The notes beneath the pieces are model-generated. The model worked only from the letters and a program-made list of their open reading frames with translations. It ran no database searches and was not told where the DNA came from. A stretch of 63,022 nucleotides of DNA, counting the filler, from an uncultured archaeon (GTDB taxonomy: Archaea; Iainarchaeota; Iainarchaeia; Iainarchaeales; 1-14-0-10-31-34), in assembly GCA_964442255.1 (NCBI GenBank). It is 5 parts of 5 records of this genome, joined end to end, with 100 filler letters (N's around TTAATTAATTAA, not from the genome) between each part and the next. Parts side by side here need not be neighbours in the genome. Positions count along the whole stretch, not along the records: positions 1 to 17,202 come from CAYTYC010000026.1; 4 more parts are not named here. The stretch is one strand, 5' to 3'. The translations under genes were made by a program, and so were the position numbers. Positions within the stretch are counted from its first letter, which is position 1; each line of letters opens with the position of its first letter. Below, one piece after another: positions 1 through 9,410 of the stretch.

Positions 1-139
1 GATGTTTTCGTTGACCCATTCAAGCACCTGCTGAACCCTTTCGGTTTGGGTTCCCCTAAAAACAGGCAATTCAATTGCGTGGGCATATAAAAATTAACCA
101 AAGGAATTATTTAAAGCAATGCCCAACCAATAAGGGGAT

Positions 140-304
140 TCACCTGTTTATTTTCGGCAAAACAAGGAAGGCGAAAACCGCGACAATGATTATTGAGGCC
201 CAAAAAACGAGCGGGTCAATCATCGCCAAAAGCGTTAAAACAAGCAAAACCAGCTGGTAGGCAATCAGCACAATAATCAGGGATTTCAGGAAACGCTTTT
301 TCAT
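140..304 (-). CDS. small membrane protein (54 aa, two hydrophobic segments)
   Basis: Manual translation MKKRFLKSLIIVLIAYQLVLLVLTLLAMIDPLVFWASIIIVAVFAFLVLPKINR*; below the ORF-track cutoff. Confidence 0.55.
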   Translation of the reverse strand: MKKRFLKSLIIVLIAYQLVLLVLTLLAMIDPLVFWASIIIVAVFAFLVLPKINR

Positions 305-364
305 TACTCATTTCTTAACGCAAAAACCATTAAATACCCCTTTCAACATTTTTTTGTGGATTAA

Positions 365-1048
365 ATGAGCCTGATGCTGAATTTTTCGGAAGAAGAGGCT
401 GAAGGAATCCGCAAAAAGCTGGACGGCTTCCAGAAGATTTTGGTTAAAAGCAAATACGAGGCTGAAAGGTGGGCAATACATGATTCGGTTGTCACGCTTT
501 ACTTAAGCGGGAAAATTGTTGTGCAGGGCAGGGATGAAAGCAAGGTGAAGGAACTGCTGTTGGAAACTCTTAAGGGAAACGGAGCCCTTACTTTGGGTTT
601 TGATGAAACCGGGAGAGGCGAACACAGCGGACCAATGGTTTTGGGCTTTGTTTTGGGAGGCAATGAAAGGCTCAGGGAATTGAGGGACAGCAAGAAGACG
701 GCCGGAATTGAAAAGGCTTTTGAAAGCGTTTCAAAAAATGCTTTGGCTCACGGCAGCATTAACCTGAATCCGGAGTGGATTGACAGGCTGAGGGTAAAGG
801 GCTTTACATTGGATGAAATTGAGGCGGAAGCAATCAATAAATTAGGGGAATTTTTCGGGAAGTTTGAGCCTGAAGCGGAAAAAATTGCGGACGGAAACAG
901 GCTGAAAAATTCTTCAACGGGTATTAAGTTTGTCGTGAAAGCCGATGACAAGGTTCCCGTGGTTGGCGGGGCAAGCGTTCAGGCGAGCTTTTCCAGAAAA
1001 AACAGCTCCAACAGGGAAGAAAAGAAAAGCTTCAGGAAAAAGGCGTGA
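365..1048 (+). CDS. ribonuclease H, type 2, RNase HIII-like (N-terminal TBP-like domain)
   Basis: N-terminal VTLYLSGKIVVQG; catalytic GFDETGRG, LRDSKK, IADG, KADDKVPVVGGAS. Confidence 0.75.
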   Translation: MSLMLNFSEEEAEGIRKKLDGFQKILVKSKYEAERWAIHDSVVTLYLSGKIVVQGRDESKVKELLLETLKGNGALTLGFDETGRGEHSGPMVLGFVLGGNERLRELRDSKKTAGIEKAFESVSKNALAHGSINLNPEWIDRLRVKGFTLDEIEAEAINKLGEFFGKFEPEAEKIADGNRLKNSSTGIKFVVKADDKVPVVGGASVQASFSRKNSSNREEKKSFRKKA

Positions 1049-1101
1049 GGCAACTGTTTTAATAGTTTTTGAGGGCAAGGCTTTTTTTGGGGTGAGGGGA
1101 T

Positions 1102-1425
1102 TTGAAGCCTGTTAAATTGGCGAACGATTTGGAGAACAAGGTCAGGGAAATCCTGAAAAAAGAGTTCAAGAGAAGCGGCAAGGCGTTTGAAGGAAAATTG
1201 AAGGAATTTGAGTCATTCAAGATTCAGGCGCTCCAGGAAATGAAGAGAATGCAGAAAAGCCTGGAGAAAGTGGACGCCGAACAGCTGAAGGAATTAAAGG
1301 AACTGAATTCAGGGCTGGATGAAATAAACAAGGCGCTGGCAGGGAAAGCGAAAAGAATTCCGGCCAAATCCGGGAAAAAGAAATCCAAAAAGAAGACAGG
1401 AAAAAAGGCAAAGGGAAAGCGCTAA
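1102..1425 (+). CDS. hypothetical Lys-rich coiled-coil protein
   Basis: 107-aa ORF with GGTGAGGGG SD-like motif upstream. Confidence 0.6.
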   Translation: MKPVKLANDLENKVREILKKEFKRSGKAFEGKLKEFESFKIQALQEMKRMQKSLEKVDAEQLKELKELNSGLDEINKALAGKAKRIPAKSGKKKSKKKTGKKAKGKR

Positions 1426-1976
1426 TACCTTCCGCCGCGGAAAACAATGCTTTGGATTCTTTTGTCCAGTTCGTCCACATTTTTTTTGGCTTTCGCTAAT
1501 TCGTTTTTCTTTGGTTTTTTTGCTTTTTTTGCCTGCACGGCGTTTGATTCGGAAAGCATGTCCTTTAATGCGGCTATTTCTATCACAGTGTTTTCACGGA
1601 ATCTTTCAAAGCGGTTGATTTTTTCCGCCAGGTCCTTCAATGCCTTTCCGGTGTAGGCCGTGTCGCCCTTCCGCGCGGAACTCTTTTTGAAGGAAATTTT
1701 TTTTTCCAGTTCCGTGAGCCGGCTGTGCGCCATCCGCACCTTTTGGTCCAATGCCTTCACGTTTCCCTGCAAATCATAAACGCAGTCAAATGAGCCTTCA
1801 GGCTCAATGGAAGAGGACTTTATTTCCTCAATATACGGGTAATCCTGTTTTGGGGCGTTTTTCCCTGGTTTGGTGAAGTGAAGGAAAATGTTTCCCAGCA
1901 ACAGGGCAAGTATGAGGACAATCAAAAAAACTGTTTCAAGCATTCCAAACTCACTGCCAAGTAGTAACATTCGCAT
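1422..1976 (-). CDS. membrane-anchored coiled-coil protein (start possibly 1943)
   Basis: N-terminal TM helix followed by charged helical region. Confidence 0.6.
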   Translation of the reverse strand: MRMLLLGSEFGMLETVFLIVLILALLLGNIFLHFTKPGKNAPKQDYPYIEEIKSSSIEPEGSFDCVYDLQGNVKALDQKVRMAHSRLTELEKKISFKKSSARKGDTAYTGKALKDLAEKINRFERFRENTVIEIAALKDMLSESNAVQAKKAKKPKKNELAKAKKNVDELDKRIQSIVFRGGRY

Positions 1977-2033
1977 GGAAAAGGTATTTATTCATTTCCG
2001 TAAAGGCCGGAATCGAAGGCTTCCCGGAATTGT

Positions 2034-2801
2034 TCATTTCTTTAAGCCAAAGAACTTGAACGCGTTTTCCGTGGTGGAAAACTCCACTTCCTCCAATGAA
2101 AGGGATTTTACTTCGGCAACTTTTTCTCCAACCCCCGGAATCCATGAAGGCTCAGCCGGAGATCCGGAAAATTTTACAGGAGAATCTGTCTCAAGCATGA
2201 GCCTTTCAAGAGGAACAATTTCCGCGGTTTTCTGGATGGATTTGCTGTAAAGCACGGAGGGAGTGAAGGAAAAAAAGCAGCCCATTTCCAGGGCCTTTTC
2301 CACTTCTTTTTCTGAGCCCTGGAACCAGTGCAAAAGCGTTGTGGAGGGGGCAAAGGAGGGAAGAATTTCGAGAACCCCTTTTTCCGCGGCGCGGGAATGC
2401 ACTTCCGCAGGCAAAGAGTTTTCTTTTGCGATGGAGAGCTGTTCCCCAAAAAGCTTTTTCTGGAGGGAACGCTGTGCACTGGTTTTCGCGTGAAAAAAGT
2501 CCAATCCGATTTCACCGACCGCAACGCATTTTGAAAGGTTTTCCTTCAGGAAGGAAAGCGCGGAAGAAATTTCTTTTTCCCGCATGCGGAGCAGGTCAGA
2601 GGGATGGATTCCAAGGCAGCATTCAACCCCATGAAATCGTCCGGCAAAGGAGAGGTTTTGCTTCATTGACTCAAGGCCCCCGGAGCACGAAATTATTTTC
2701 ATCACGTTTTTTTCTTTCGCCCTTTGGATTGCTTTTTCCGGTTCACGGATTCCGTTCAGGTGGCAGTGCACGTCAGCGAACATTAAGGGATAAGCGAACA
2801 A
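2034..2801 (-). CDS. tatD: TatD family nuclease
   Basis: DVHCH, GIHP, VGEIGLD, VHSR, LHWF, LETDSP motifs. Confidence 0.93.
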   Translation of the reverse strand: MFAYPLMFADVHCHLNGIREPEKAIQRAKEKNVMKIISCSGGLESMKQNLSFAGRFHGVECCLGIHPSDLLRMREKEISSALSFLKENLSKCVAVGEIGLDFFHAKTSAQRSLQKKLFGEQLSIAKENSLPAEVHSRAAEKGVLEILPSFAPSTTLLHWFQGSEKEVEKALEMGCFFSFTPSVLYSKSIQKTAEIVPLERLMLETDSPVKFSGSPAEPSWIPGVGEKVAEVKSLSLEEVEFSTTENAFKFFGLKK

Positions 2802-2838
2802 TTCTCCTTAAAAATTTTATTGAATTAAATTAGGTGAA

Positions 2839-3945
2839 ATGGACGGAAAAAAAGAAAAATCCCGGGAAACCGGGCCGGAAAAAAGGGCTGAAACGCCTTT
2901 GCCTGAAGCGCAGGTTAAGCCGGAAAAAAATAAAAAATCCTCCGGCGCGCCCAAAATCTCGGCTTATTTTGGGGTGTTGCTGCTGGTTTTGGGAATGGTT
3001 GCGGGCTTCACTGTTAAGGGTGCGCTTTTTCCGACGGTTATTGAAAAAAAAACTTCCGTTCCGTGCCCCCAGCCGGCTCCACTGGAATTGACGCTTTTAT
3101 ACAGTTCGGAATGCGGTTTCTGCTTCAAAGACAATTCAATGATTGCAAGCATTGAAACCAGGCACATCGCATATGAATTAAAAGAACTGGACATTGTTTC
3201 AGGGGAGGGAAAGGAGTTGGCGGAAAAGCTTGAAATCAATTCCGTGCCCACCCTGCTGGTTTCGGCTGCGGAACTGGATGCTGAGCCGGAATACGGCGAC
3301 TTAAGGGCGGTCATCAGAACCAATTTTGAGTTAAAGGGCTCCCACTATGTTGTTCCGGAAATGTTTTTGGACCAGTCCCCGCACAACGTGATGTTTTTGG
3401 GGCCTGTAGAGGATTATTCGCCGGTTGAGGGAAAGGCCAGGGTGGACGAATTCGCGGACTACCTCAATATCCAGGCCTACGAAAACATGGATGACGTGGA
3501 CGAATTAAGGGAAGAATTCGGGAACACAATGGATTACAGGTTCAGGAACTTTATAGTGAACGGAAAAAACGCGGAATTGGTTGCAATTGCGGCCGAATGC
3601 GCAAGAAAATACGGAAAATTCGGGGAATACAGGCACAGGCTGCTGGAAAAAACCCATGCCTCGGAGCTTCCGGTGAATGTGGCGTCGCCTTTTTACCTGA
3701 AACAAATAGGGGAAGAAGTGGGAATAGAGCAGCTGTTCGCGTTCAAATCCTGCATTGACGGCCAGGACACGCTGGACATCGTTGAAATAAACAAGGGCTC
3801 GGATTACCGTGCGGCAAAAAAATTCAGGCTTGCGTGGACTCCGGCTTACGTGGTTGACTCAAAATATGTCACCACCATGGATGATTTGCGGACAGTGGTT
3901 TGCTCGGTTCACCCTGAGTTGGAGCCGTGCGGTGTAAATGAGTAA
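2839..3945 (+). CDS. membrane-anchored thioredoxin/DsbA-like two-domain protein
   Basis: TM helix, CGFC, SVPTL; second DsbA-like domain (FRNF, AAECA, TPAY). Confidence 0.7.
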   Translation: MDGKKEKSRETGPEKRAETPLPEAQVKPEKNKKSSGAPKISAYFGVLLLVLGMVAGFTVKGALFPTVIEKKTSVPCPQPAPLELTLLYSSECGFCFKDNSMIASIETRHIAYELKELDIVSGEGKELAEKLEINSVPTLLVSAAELDAEPEYGDLRAVIRTNFELKGSHYVVPEMFLDQSPHNVMFLGPVEDYSPVEGKARVDEFADYLNIQAYENMDDVDELREEFGNTMDYRFRNFIVNGKNAELVAIAAECARKYGKFGEYRHRLLEKTHASELPVNVASPFYLKQIGEEVGIEQLFAFKSCIDGQDTLDIVEINKGSDYRAAKKFRLAWTPAYVVDSKYVTTMDDLRTVVCSVHPELEPCGVNE

Positions 3946-4939
3946 AAAGGAATGGTTTTTTCTTTTAATTCTGGTTTTTGTTTTCTCTTCAACGGCATTC
4001 CTCTTTCATCCGCCCCAAAAAGAAAAAATTCACCTGAAAAAAAACGTTTTTGTGCTTGTTTTTGACGGCTTGTCCGCCTCTTACCTGAATGAAGCGCCAT
4101 ACCTGGGTTCAATGGAATATGAAACAATGCGCGTGAATTTTCCTTCCACAACGCCCTCCCATGCGGGAATGCTTATCGCTGGCGACTGCGGGGCGGAAAA
4201 GGAGTACGTTAAAAATTGCGTGGATGACCCCGGAATTGTAAGCGCCTGCGATTTTGTGAGGGACGCGGGCGGGATTTGCCTGATGGTTTCGGAGGCAGGC
4301 GACTTCAGGGAAGGAAGAAACGAATTTGATTTGGCTTTCCATGACAAAGGCCTTGGAGACTGGGAAATGGAAGTGAACAGCCCCGGTGTTTCTGAATTAA
4401 ACCTGGAAACCTTTTTCATCAGTTGGAAAAACAAATACAGGGAATACGTTGAGGAAAAAAATGAAGTGGAAAAGTACGCGCTTTACTCAAAGTATGTTCT
4501 GGACCTGGATTTGGCTTTGCTCAAGCATTTGGAGGAAAACTTTCCGGGGCAAAGGTTTCTGCTTTTCTCTAACGCGAAAGGAATTGATTCCTGCGGGCAC
4601 AACGGAAATGAAGAACAGTACAGGGAATGCATCGCGGAACTGGATGAAGACGCAAAGGAACTGGCGGATTATCTCCAAAGAACCGAAGGCCTGGTTTCGG
4701 TGTTCACCGCAGACCACGGAATGTTTTTTCCCTGCGCGGAGTGCAGGGGAACGCATTCCAGGGAGCCGGCTTCCTTAAGCGAGGAAGTGCTGCTTGTTCC
4801 GGCAATTTTTTTTGGTGAACAGCCGGAAAATTGGGGGGAAGGAAAAAGCTTTGATTTAATGCCCGCGATTTTCTCTCTTGCGGGCGCGGAAAACGCGTGT
4901 GAAAGGATGAAGTACTGCAAGGGAAACAGTCTTTCCTGA
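3938..4939 (+). CDS. alkaline phosphatase superfamily protein, secreted or anchored
   Basis: VFDGL, PSTTPSH, DSCGH, TADHG, GTH metal-binding motifs. Confidence 0.75.
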   Translation: MSKKEWFFLLILVFVFSSTAFLFHPPQKEKIHLKKNVFVLVFDGLSASYLNEAPYLGSMEYETMRVNFPSTTPSHAGMLIAGDCGAEKEYVKNCVDDPGIVSACDFVRDAGGICLMVSEAGDFREGRNEFDLAFHDKGLGDWEMEVNSPGVSELNLETFFISWKNKYREYVEEKNEVEKYALYSKYVLDLDLALLKHLEENFPGQRFLLFSNAKGIDSCGHNGNEEQYRECIAELDEDAKELADYLQRTEGLVSVFTADHGMFFPCAECRGTHSREPASLSEEVLLVPAIFFGEQPENWGEGKSFDLMPAIFSLAGAENACERMKYCKGNSLS

Positions 4940-4974
4940 AGGCATTTAAAAGAATTTTCTCCCCCTGTTCGGTT

Positions 4975-6099
4975 ATGCCTTCAAATGTGGGTTACGAGTA
5001 CGCAAAGGCACAGGAAAAGTATGAAAAAGCCTCTTCGGACGAGGAAAAGCTTTCAGCCTTGATGGAAATGCGTTCAACCGCTCCCTCGCACAAGGGCGCG
5101 GAAAAGCTTAGGGCAGAAATAACAAAAAAAATTGCTTCACTCCGGAGGAGAATGGAAAAGCAGAAAGAGCAGCAGAAGAAAACCGCGGCAAAATCAATGC
5201 ACATGAAAAAGGAGGGCTGCGCGCAGGCGGTTCTGGCGGGAATGCCTAACTCCGGAAAAAGCCGGCTGCTTAACGCCCTCACTTCCGCGGACACCCGGGA
5301 AAGCGCATACCCTTTCACCACCCGGAAGCCTGTGCAGGGAATGATGGATTTCCGCGGGGCAAAAGTCCAGCTTGTGGAATTGCCTGCCATAATTGAAGGC
5401 TCTGCATCCGGAAAGGCGCGGGGCCTGCAGGTGCTTTCAATTGTGAGAAACGCGGACGCAATTGTGCTGGTTTTGAACGCTGATTTGCCGGAATACGAAA
5501 TGGGCGTGCTTCTCAAAGAGCTGGAAAAAGCGAGAATAATTGTTTCCAGGAAGCGGCCGGAAGTGGAAATAAAGAAAAGCGGTTTTCCGGGGCTTAACAT
5601 TTCCGGAAAACACTTTCTCAAGGTTCCGGAAAAAGAGCTGGAAAAGTTTTTGAAGGATTTTGGCCTGGGAAACGCTGACGTAATCCTGAAAGAGCCTGCC
5701 GGATTGAAGGAAATCGCCGAAATATTGGATTCACGGATAAAGTTCAAGAAGGCCCTGGCTGTCGTAAACAAAAGCGAAAAAAAAGGGGAAGGAAAATTGA
5801 AGGGAATGGAATGCTTTTACTTTGACGGGAAAAACGCGGAGGAATTGAAGGGAAAGGTGTTTGAATTGCTTGGGCTGGTTTTGGTGTACACGAAAAAGCC
5901 GGGAAAAGACGCTGATTTGAAGGCCCCCCTTGTTTTGAGGAAAGGCTCAACCATAGGTGATGTTGCAAGGCAACTGCACAAGGATTTCGCCAAAAAACTG
6001 CGTTACGCGAAGCTTTGGGGTTCGGCGAAATTTCAGGGGCAAATGGTTTCCCGGAACTATGAACTGAAAAACGGGGACGTGATAGAAATTTACGCCTGA
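4975..6099 (+). CDS. DRG/OBG-family GTPase with TGS domain
   Basis: HKGAEKL, GMPNSGKS, YPFTT, NKSE, C-terminal TGS (WGSAKFQGQ). Confidence 0.92.
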   Translation: MPSNVGYEYAKAQEKYEKASSDEEKLSALMEMRSTAPSHKGAEKLRAEITKKIASLRRRMEKQKEQQKKTAAKSMHMKKEGCAQAVLAGMPNSGKSRLLNALTSADTRESAYPFTTRKPVQGMMDFRGAKVQLVELPAIIEGSASGKARGLQVLSIVRNADAIVLVLNADLPEYEMGVLLKELEKARIIVSRKRPEVEIKKSGFPGLNISGKHFLKVPEKELEKFLKDFGLGNADVILKEPAGLKEIAEILDSRIKFKKALAVVNKSEKKGEGKLKGMECFYFDGKNAEELKGKVFELLGLVLVYTKKPGKDADLKAPLVLRKGSTIGDVARQLHKDFAKKLRYAKLWGSAKFQGQMVSRNYELKNGDVIEIYA

Positions 6100-6986
6100 G
6101 GCTCGCCTTCCTCCGGAAGCGTGCCTTTCACTTCCTTTTTCAGGGGATGCGAAGCAGGGGACTGCAGCATTTTTTTGGGCCTGCTGACAATAAAGCTCAG
6201 CACAATCAAAACAAAGATAACACCCACAATTATCATGAGAGTTATGTCCCTGTTCGCTATGTCAACCTCAAAGCTTTTTTCAATGAAATGCTGTCCTTCA
6301 GAATCCTCAAACCGGGTTTCCAACGCAATCCTGTATTTTCCTTTTTTTGACGGGGAGGGAGTGAAAGCGAATTCCTTTGCGCCAAAAAACTGCCCGGGGG
6401 AAAGGGTTTCAAACTGCAGGGGCTCTGACTCGGAGTGAATGCCTTCCGGCGCTGAAAGGGAAAGGGAAATGTTCCTTAGCTCTTCCCCGCTTAAATTTCT
6501 CAAGTCAACCTTCAGGGAACCGCTTTCCCCGAGGTTTAAGGCGGTTTTTTCAAGCACTGCTTCAACCTTGAGGGGGCTTTCCTTCAGCAAAAGGTAAGTG
6601 GATTCCACATGCGTCAGTTCCCCCAAACCGTATGAAACGCTAATATAGTTTTCCTTGGAGTTGAAGAGAACGGGCTTTACAGGAATTATTTCGGTGATTT
6701 TTTCTCCTGCCTCCACTGCCTCCAATTTGAATTCAATGGCTTCTTTTTCCTCAAAGCCTTTCAGGATTTTCAGCGCCGGGTCAACTGAAACCTGCACAAA
6801 AAGGTTTTCCATCCCTGCCTGGGAGGAATTGAATACGGTTAATTCAAATTCCTGCACTTCGTGCAGGTAGGCGGTTTCCACTCCCTCCGTTCCCTTTGGG
6901 CTTATTTTAACGAAAAGCTGGGCGTGGGCGGACGCGGAAAAAATGAGGAAAAAAAAGAGCAATGCAGTGAAAAGTTTAGGGCTCAA
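6090..6986 (-). CDS. secreted Ig-like/COG1361-type surface protein with C-terminal TM
   Basis: Signal peptide, two beta-sandwich-like repeats, C-terminal TM. Confidence 0.6.
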   Translation of the reverse strand: MSPKLFTALLFFFLIFSASAHAQLFVKISPKGTEGVETAYLHEVQEFELTVFNSSQAGMENLFVQVSVDPALKILKGFEEKEAIEFKLEAVEAGEKITEIIPVKPVLFNSKENYISVSYGLGELTHVESTYLLLKESPLKVEAVLEKTALNLGESGSLKVDLRNLSGEELRNISLSLSAPEGIHSESEPLQFETLSPGQFFGAKEFAFTPSPSKKGKYRIALETRFEDSEGQHFIEKSFEVDIANRDITLMIIVGVIFVLIVLSFIVSRPKKMLQSPASHPLKKEVKGTLPEEGEPQA

Positions 6987-8283
6987 AGTAGTCCACTCCC
7001 TCGTCTTTGCGTTTTCCGCCGAAAATTTTTGCCCTGTTTTTTATGGCAATCAAGGCAATCAGCAGGATTACGAGATAGATTACCGCGTTTATAAGCAGGT
7101 TTGAGTCAAATGGGTTCGGATTTTGCGGCGCAAACTTTCCTTCAAGTATCTGCCTTATTTCGCTGCGCATTTTTTTTGCGTATGTTTCCACTTCCGCAAA
7201 CCTTTTTTGGCTGAATGCTTTTTCCGCGGCCTCCAAATCCTTTTCAAGCAATGCAACGGTTTCAGATTCCGCCCATTTTCCACGGTTTTCGGATGACAGA
7301 ATAAAGTTGGCTGCGGATTTTATGGTGGAAAAGCTTCCGTTCGAGGCTTTTTTCATGGCCTCGTCTTCCCCATACAAGAGCATCCATGCATCGTTCATTT
7401 GCCTGTCGGAGTCAAGGTTGCCGAGCCATTGTTCAATGGACGTTTTCGCGGTGAGGTAAATGTTGCCGATTCCCTGCTCAAGGTTTGCGGTCTGCGAGGC
7501 GGTGGATTCAATTGAATTGTATTCCGGCGGCGCGTTAACCAAATCAAAGAGGCTTCTTTTTGTCGTGCTCTCAAGGCTTGAAGAGGCAATGCGCTGCCTT
7601 AATTCAATGGATTTGGAATCATAGCCCTGCCTTTTTTCGTCGAGTTCCTCCATTCCCGAAAACACTTCATCGTATTTTTGCTTCAGTTTTCCTGTTTCGT
7701 TTGCGTCCGGGGCGTTGGTGAAGGACTGCTCGAAGGCTATTGCCTCATCCATTTTTTCCCGCAATTCCCCGGAAACATCAATCATTCCGTCCAGCAAAAC
7801 CTTCATTTCGCTTACAAGCATTGAGGCCTCCAAACTTTCAAGCTCGTTTGCCGCGGATTCAAGCTCGAATTTTTCGTTTCCCAGGACTGAGGCAAGGTTT
7901 CCAAAGTACTTGGAGTTTGATTTCACGAAAAACCATCCGCTTCCCCCCTGCAGGCTTTCCCTGTATTTTCCCAGTTGCCTTAAAACATACATTGCCTGGA
8001 ACAATTCACGGTTGCTTTTCCTTTCCATGTTTACTTCAAGTTCGTTGAATTTGACTGCAATGAAGCCGTTTGGGCTTCCCTTGGAAAGGATTGTGAAAAC
8101 CCAGTACTTTTCATTGAATGCCGTCACAGGCAAATCCTTGTAGCTTTCAATGGACTCGTTTTTCTCAAGGAAATGTGTTTGGTTGAGGATGTAGTCCTTC
8201 GCGTCCTGCGGGGAAACAGCCGCGGCTCCCAAAGAAAGCAAAAGCAAAAGCGAAAAAACCGCTGCATAGGGTGCTGCACGCAT
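6976..8283 (-). CDS. secreted helical protein with C-terminal TM anchor
   Basis: Signal peptide, helical body, TM near C terminus. Confidence 0.65.
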   Translation of the reverse strand: MRAAPYAAVFSLLLLLSLGAAAVSPQDAKDYILNQTHFLEKNESIESYKDLPVTAFNEKYWVFTILSKGSPNGFIAVKFNELEVNMERKSNRELFQAMYVLRQLGKYRESLQGGSGWFFVKSNSKYFGNLASVLGNEKFELESAANELESLEASMLVSEMKVLLDGMIDVSGELREKMDEAIAFEQSFTNAPDANETGKLKQKYDEVFSGMEELDEKRQGYDSKSIELRQRIASSSLESTTKRSLFDLVNAPPEYNSIESTASQTANLEQGIGNIYLTAKTSIEQWLGNLDSDRQMNDAWMLLYGEDEAMKKASNGSFSTIKSAANFILSSENRGKWAESETVALLEKDLEAAEKAFSQKRFAEVETYAKKMRSEIRQILEGKFAPQNPNPFDSNLLINAVIYLVILLIALIAIKNRAKIFGGKRKDEGVDYFEP

Positions 8284-8314
8284 TTGGAAATAATAAAATA
8301 CTTTTATTTATATA

Positions 8315-9016
8315 ATGGTTGCTGTGAGGGCTTTGAAGGCAAAAGTAATCCTTGTGGAAACACGCTACGGCGAAAACCTTGGGCTGAGCGCAAGGGCGTG
8401 CAAAAACTTCGGATTTCAGGATTTGTGGCTTGTGAAGCCAAAGGCAAGAAAAACAGGCGCAAAGGCGAAATCAAGGGCAATGCATGGGGCGGATTTGCTG
8501 AAAAACGCCCGGGAATTTTTCTCTCTTCAGGAAGCGCTATCATTGGTTGATTTTTCCGTGGGAACAACCTCAAAAACAAAGGGAAGCCGGAAGATTTTCC
8601 GGAACGCCCTTTCCCTCAGGGAGTTCACTGAAAGGTTTGGTTCAAGCGAAAAAACATTCGGGATTGTTTTCGGCCCGGAGGCAAGCGGACTGAGAAACCG
8701 GGACTTAATGCAATGCGACTTTATTGTCCACATTCCCTCACACCAGTCCTATAAATCATTAAACCTTTCGCACTCGGTTGCCATTTTCCTATATGAAGTA
8801 TTCACTTGGAAGGGAAAAAAAGTTGAGAAAGGAGAAATGAACGCAAACCAGAAGCGGCTTCTTTTGAAGGAATTCCGGGAAATGGCAAAGGAAGCGAAAG
8901 GCCTTGCAAACAGGGGCGCGGCTGAAAGCGCGGTGAAGGCGTTTGTGCTCAGGAACCGGCTGAGCAAAAAAGAGGCAAACGCGCTTTTAAGCCTGCTGAA
9001 AAGAAGAAAAAAGTGA
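8315..9016 (+). CDS. trmJ: TrmJ/LasT family SPOUT tRNA methyltransferase
   Basis: NLGLSARACKNFG, VFGPEASGL, SLNLSHSV. Confidence 0.9.
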   Translation: MVAVRALKAKVILVETRYGENLGLSARACKNFGFQDLWLVKPKARKTGAKAKSRAMHGADLLKNAREFFSLQEALSLVDFSVGTTSKTKGSRKIFRNALSLREFTERFGSSEKTFGIVFGPEASGLRNRDLMQCDFIVHIPSHQSYKSLNLSHSVAIFLYEVFTWKGKKVEKGEMNANQKRLLLKEFREMAKEAKGLANRGAAESAVKAFVLRNRLSKKEANALLSLLKRRKK

Positions 9017-9120
9017 TTATATAATATCTATATAATAATTATTGACGGGTTTTGCCGGCTTTTTTGGCAAAAGGCCGGGAGAAGCAATAAAAAGTGGTTT
9101 GCTGACAAATTATTGCGCTT

Positions 9121-9408
9121 GGGGTCGTAGGGTAATGGCTATCCCAACAGGCTCCAGACAAAGCTTTTCACAAAAAGCTTTAGCAAAAAACTGGCTTGCG
9201 CCGGACAAAACTTTTGGAAAAAGTTTTATCAAAAAAGGCTTGGGCCAGAAAGTTGCTTTGCAATTTAACCTTTGTTTGGAGCGCTGAGTTTTCCTTATGG
9301 AAAGCGATGACGAGTAACAGGTAAAAGAAGCCGGAAGGCGATGACAAAAGGATTGTGTAAAGAATTGGTTGCAACCTGTTAATCCGGGTTCGACTCCCGG
9401 CGACCCCA
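9121..9408 (+). tRNA. tRNA-Trp(CCA) with 216-nt intron at 37/38 (9158-9373)
   Basis: Acceptor GGGGTCG/CGACCCC-A, anticodon stem ACAGG/CCTGT, CT-CCA-G^A, T arm CCGGG-TTCGACT-CCCGG. Confidence 0.92.
9270..9363 (+). ncRNA. intron-encoded box C/D guide RNA
   Basis: Guide CTTTGTTTGGAGC-G-CTGA pairs with GCTCCAGACAAAG, with the -5 base opposite C34; box C-like ATGACGA; guide TAACAGGT pairs with the 3' exon ACCTGTTA. Confidence 0.8.
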
Positions 9409-9410
9409 GC

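Noticed and set aside
9121..9408. tRNA-Ala(TGC) or tRNA-Cys from alternative splicing using TTGCAA
   Set aside because: No G3-U70 pair; acceptor stem and C34 guide indicate Trp
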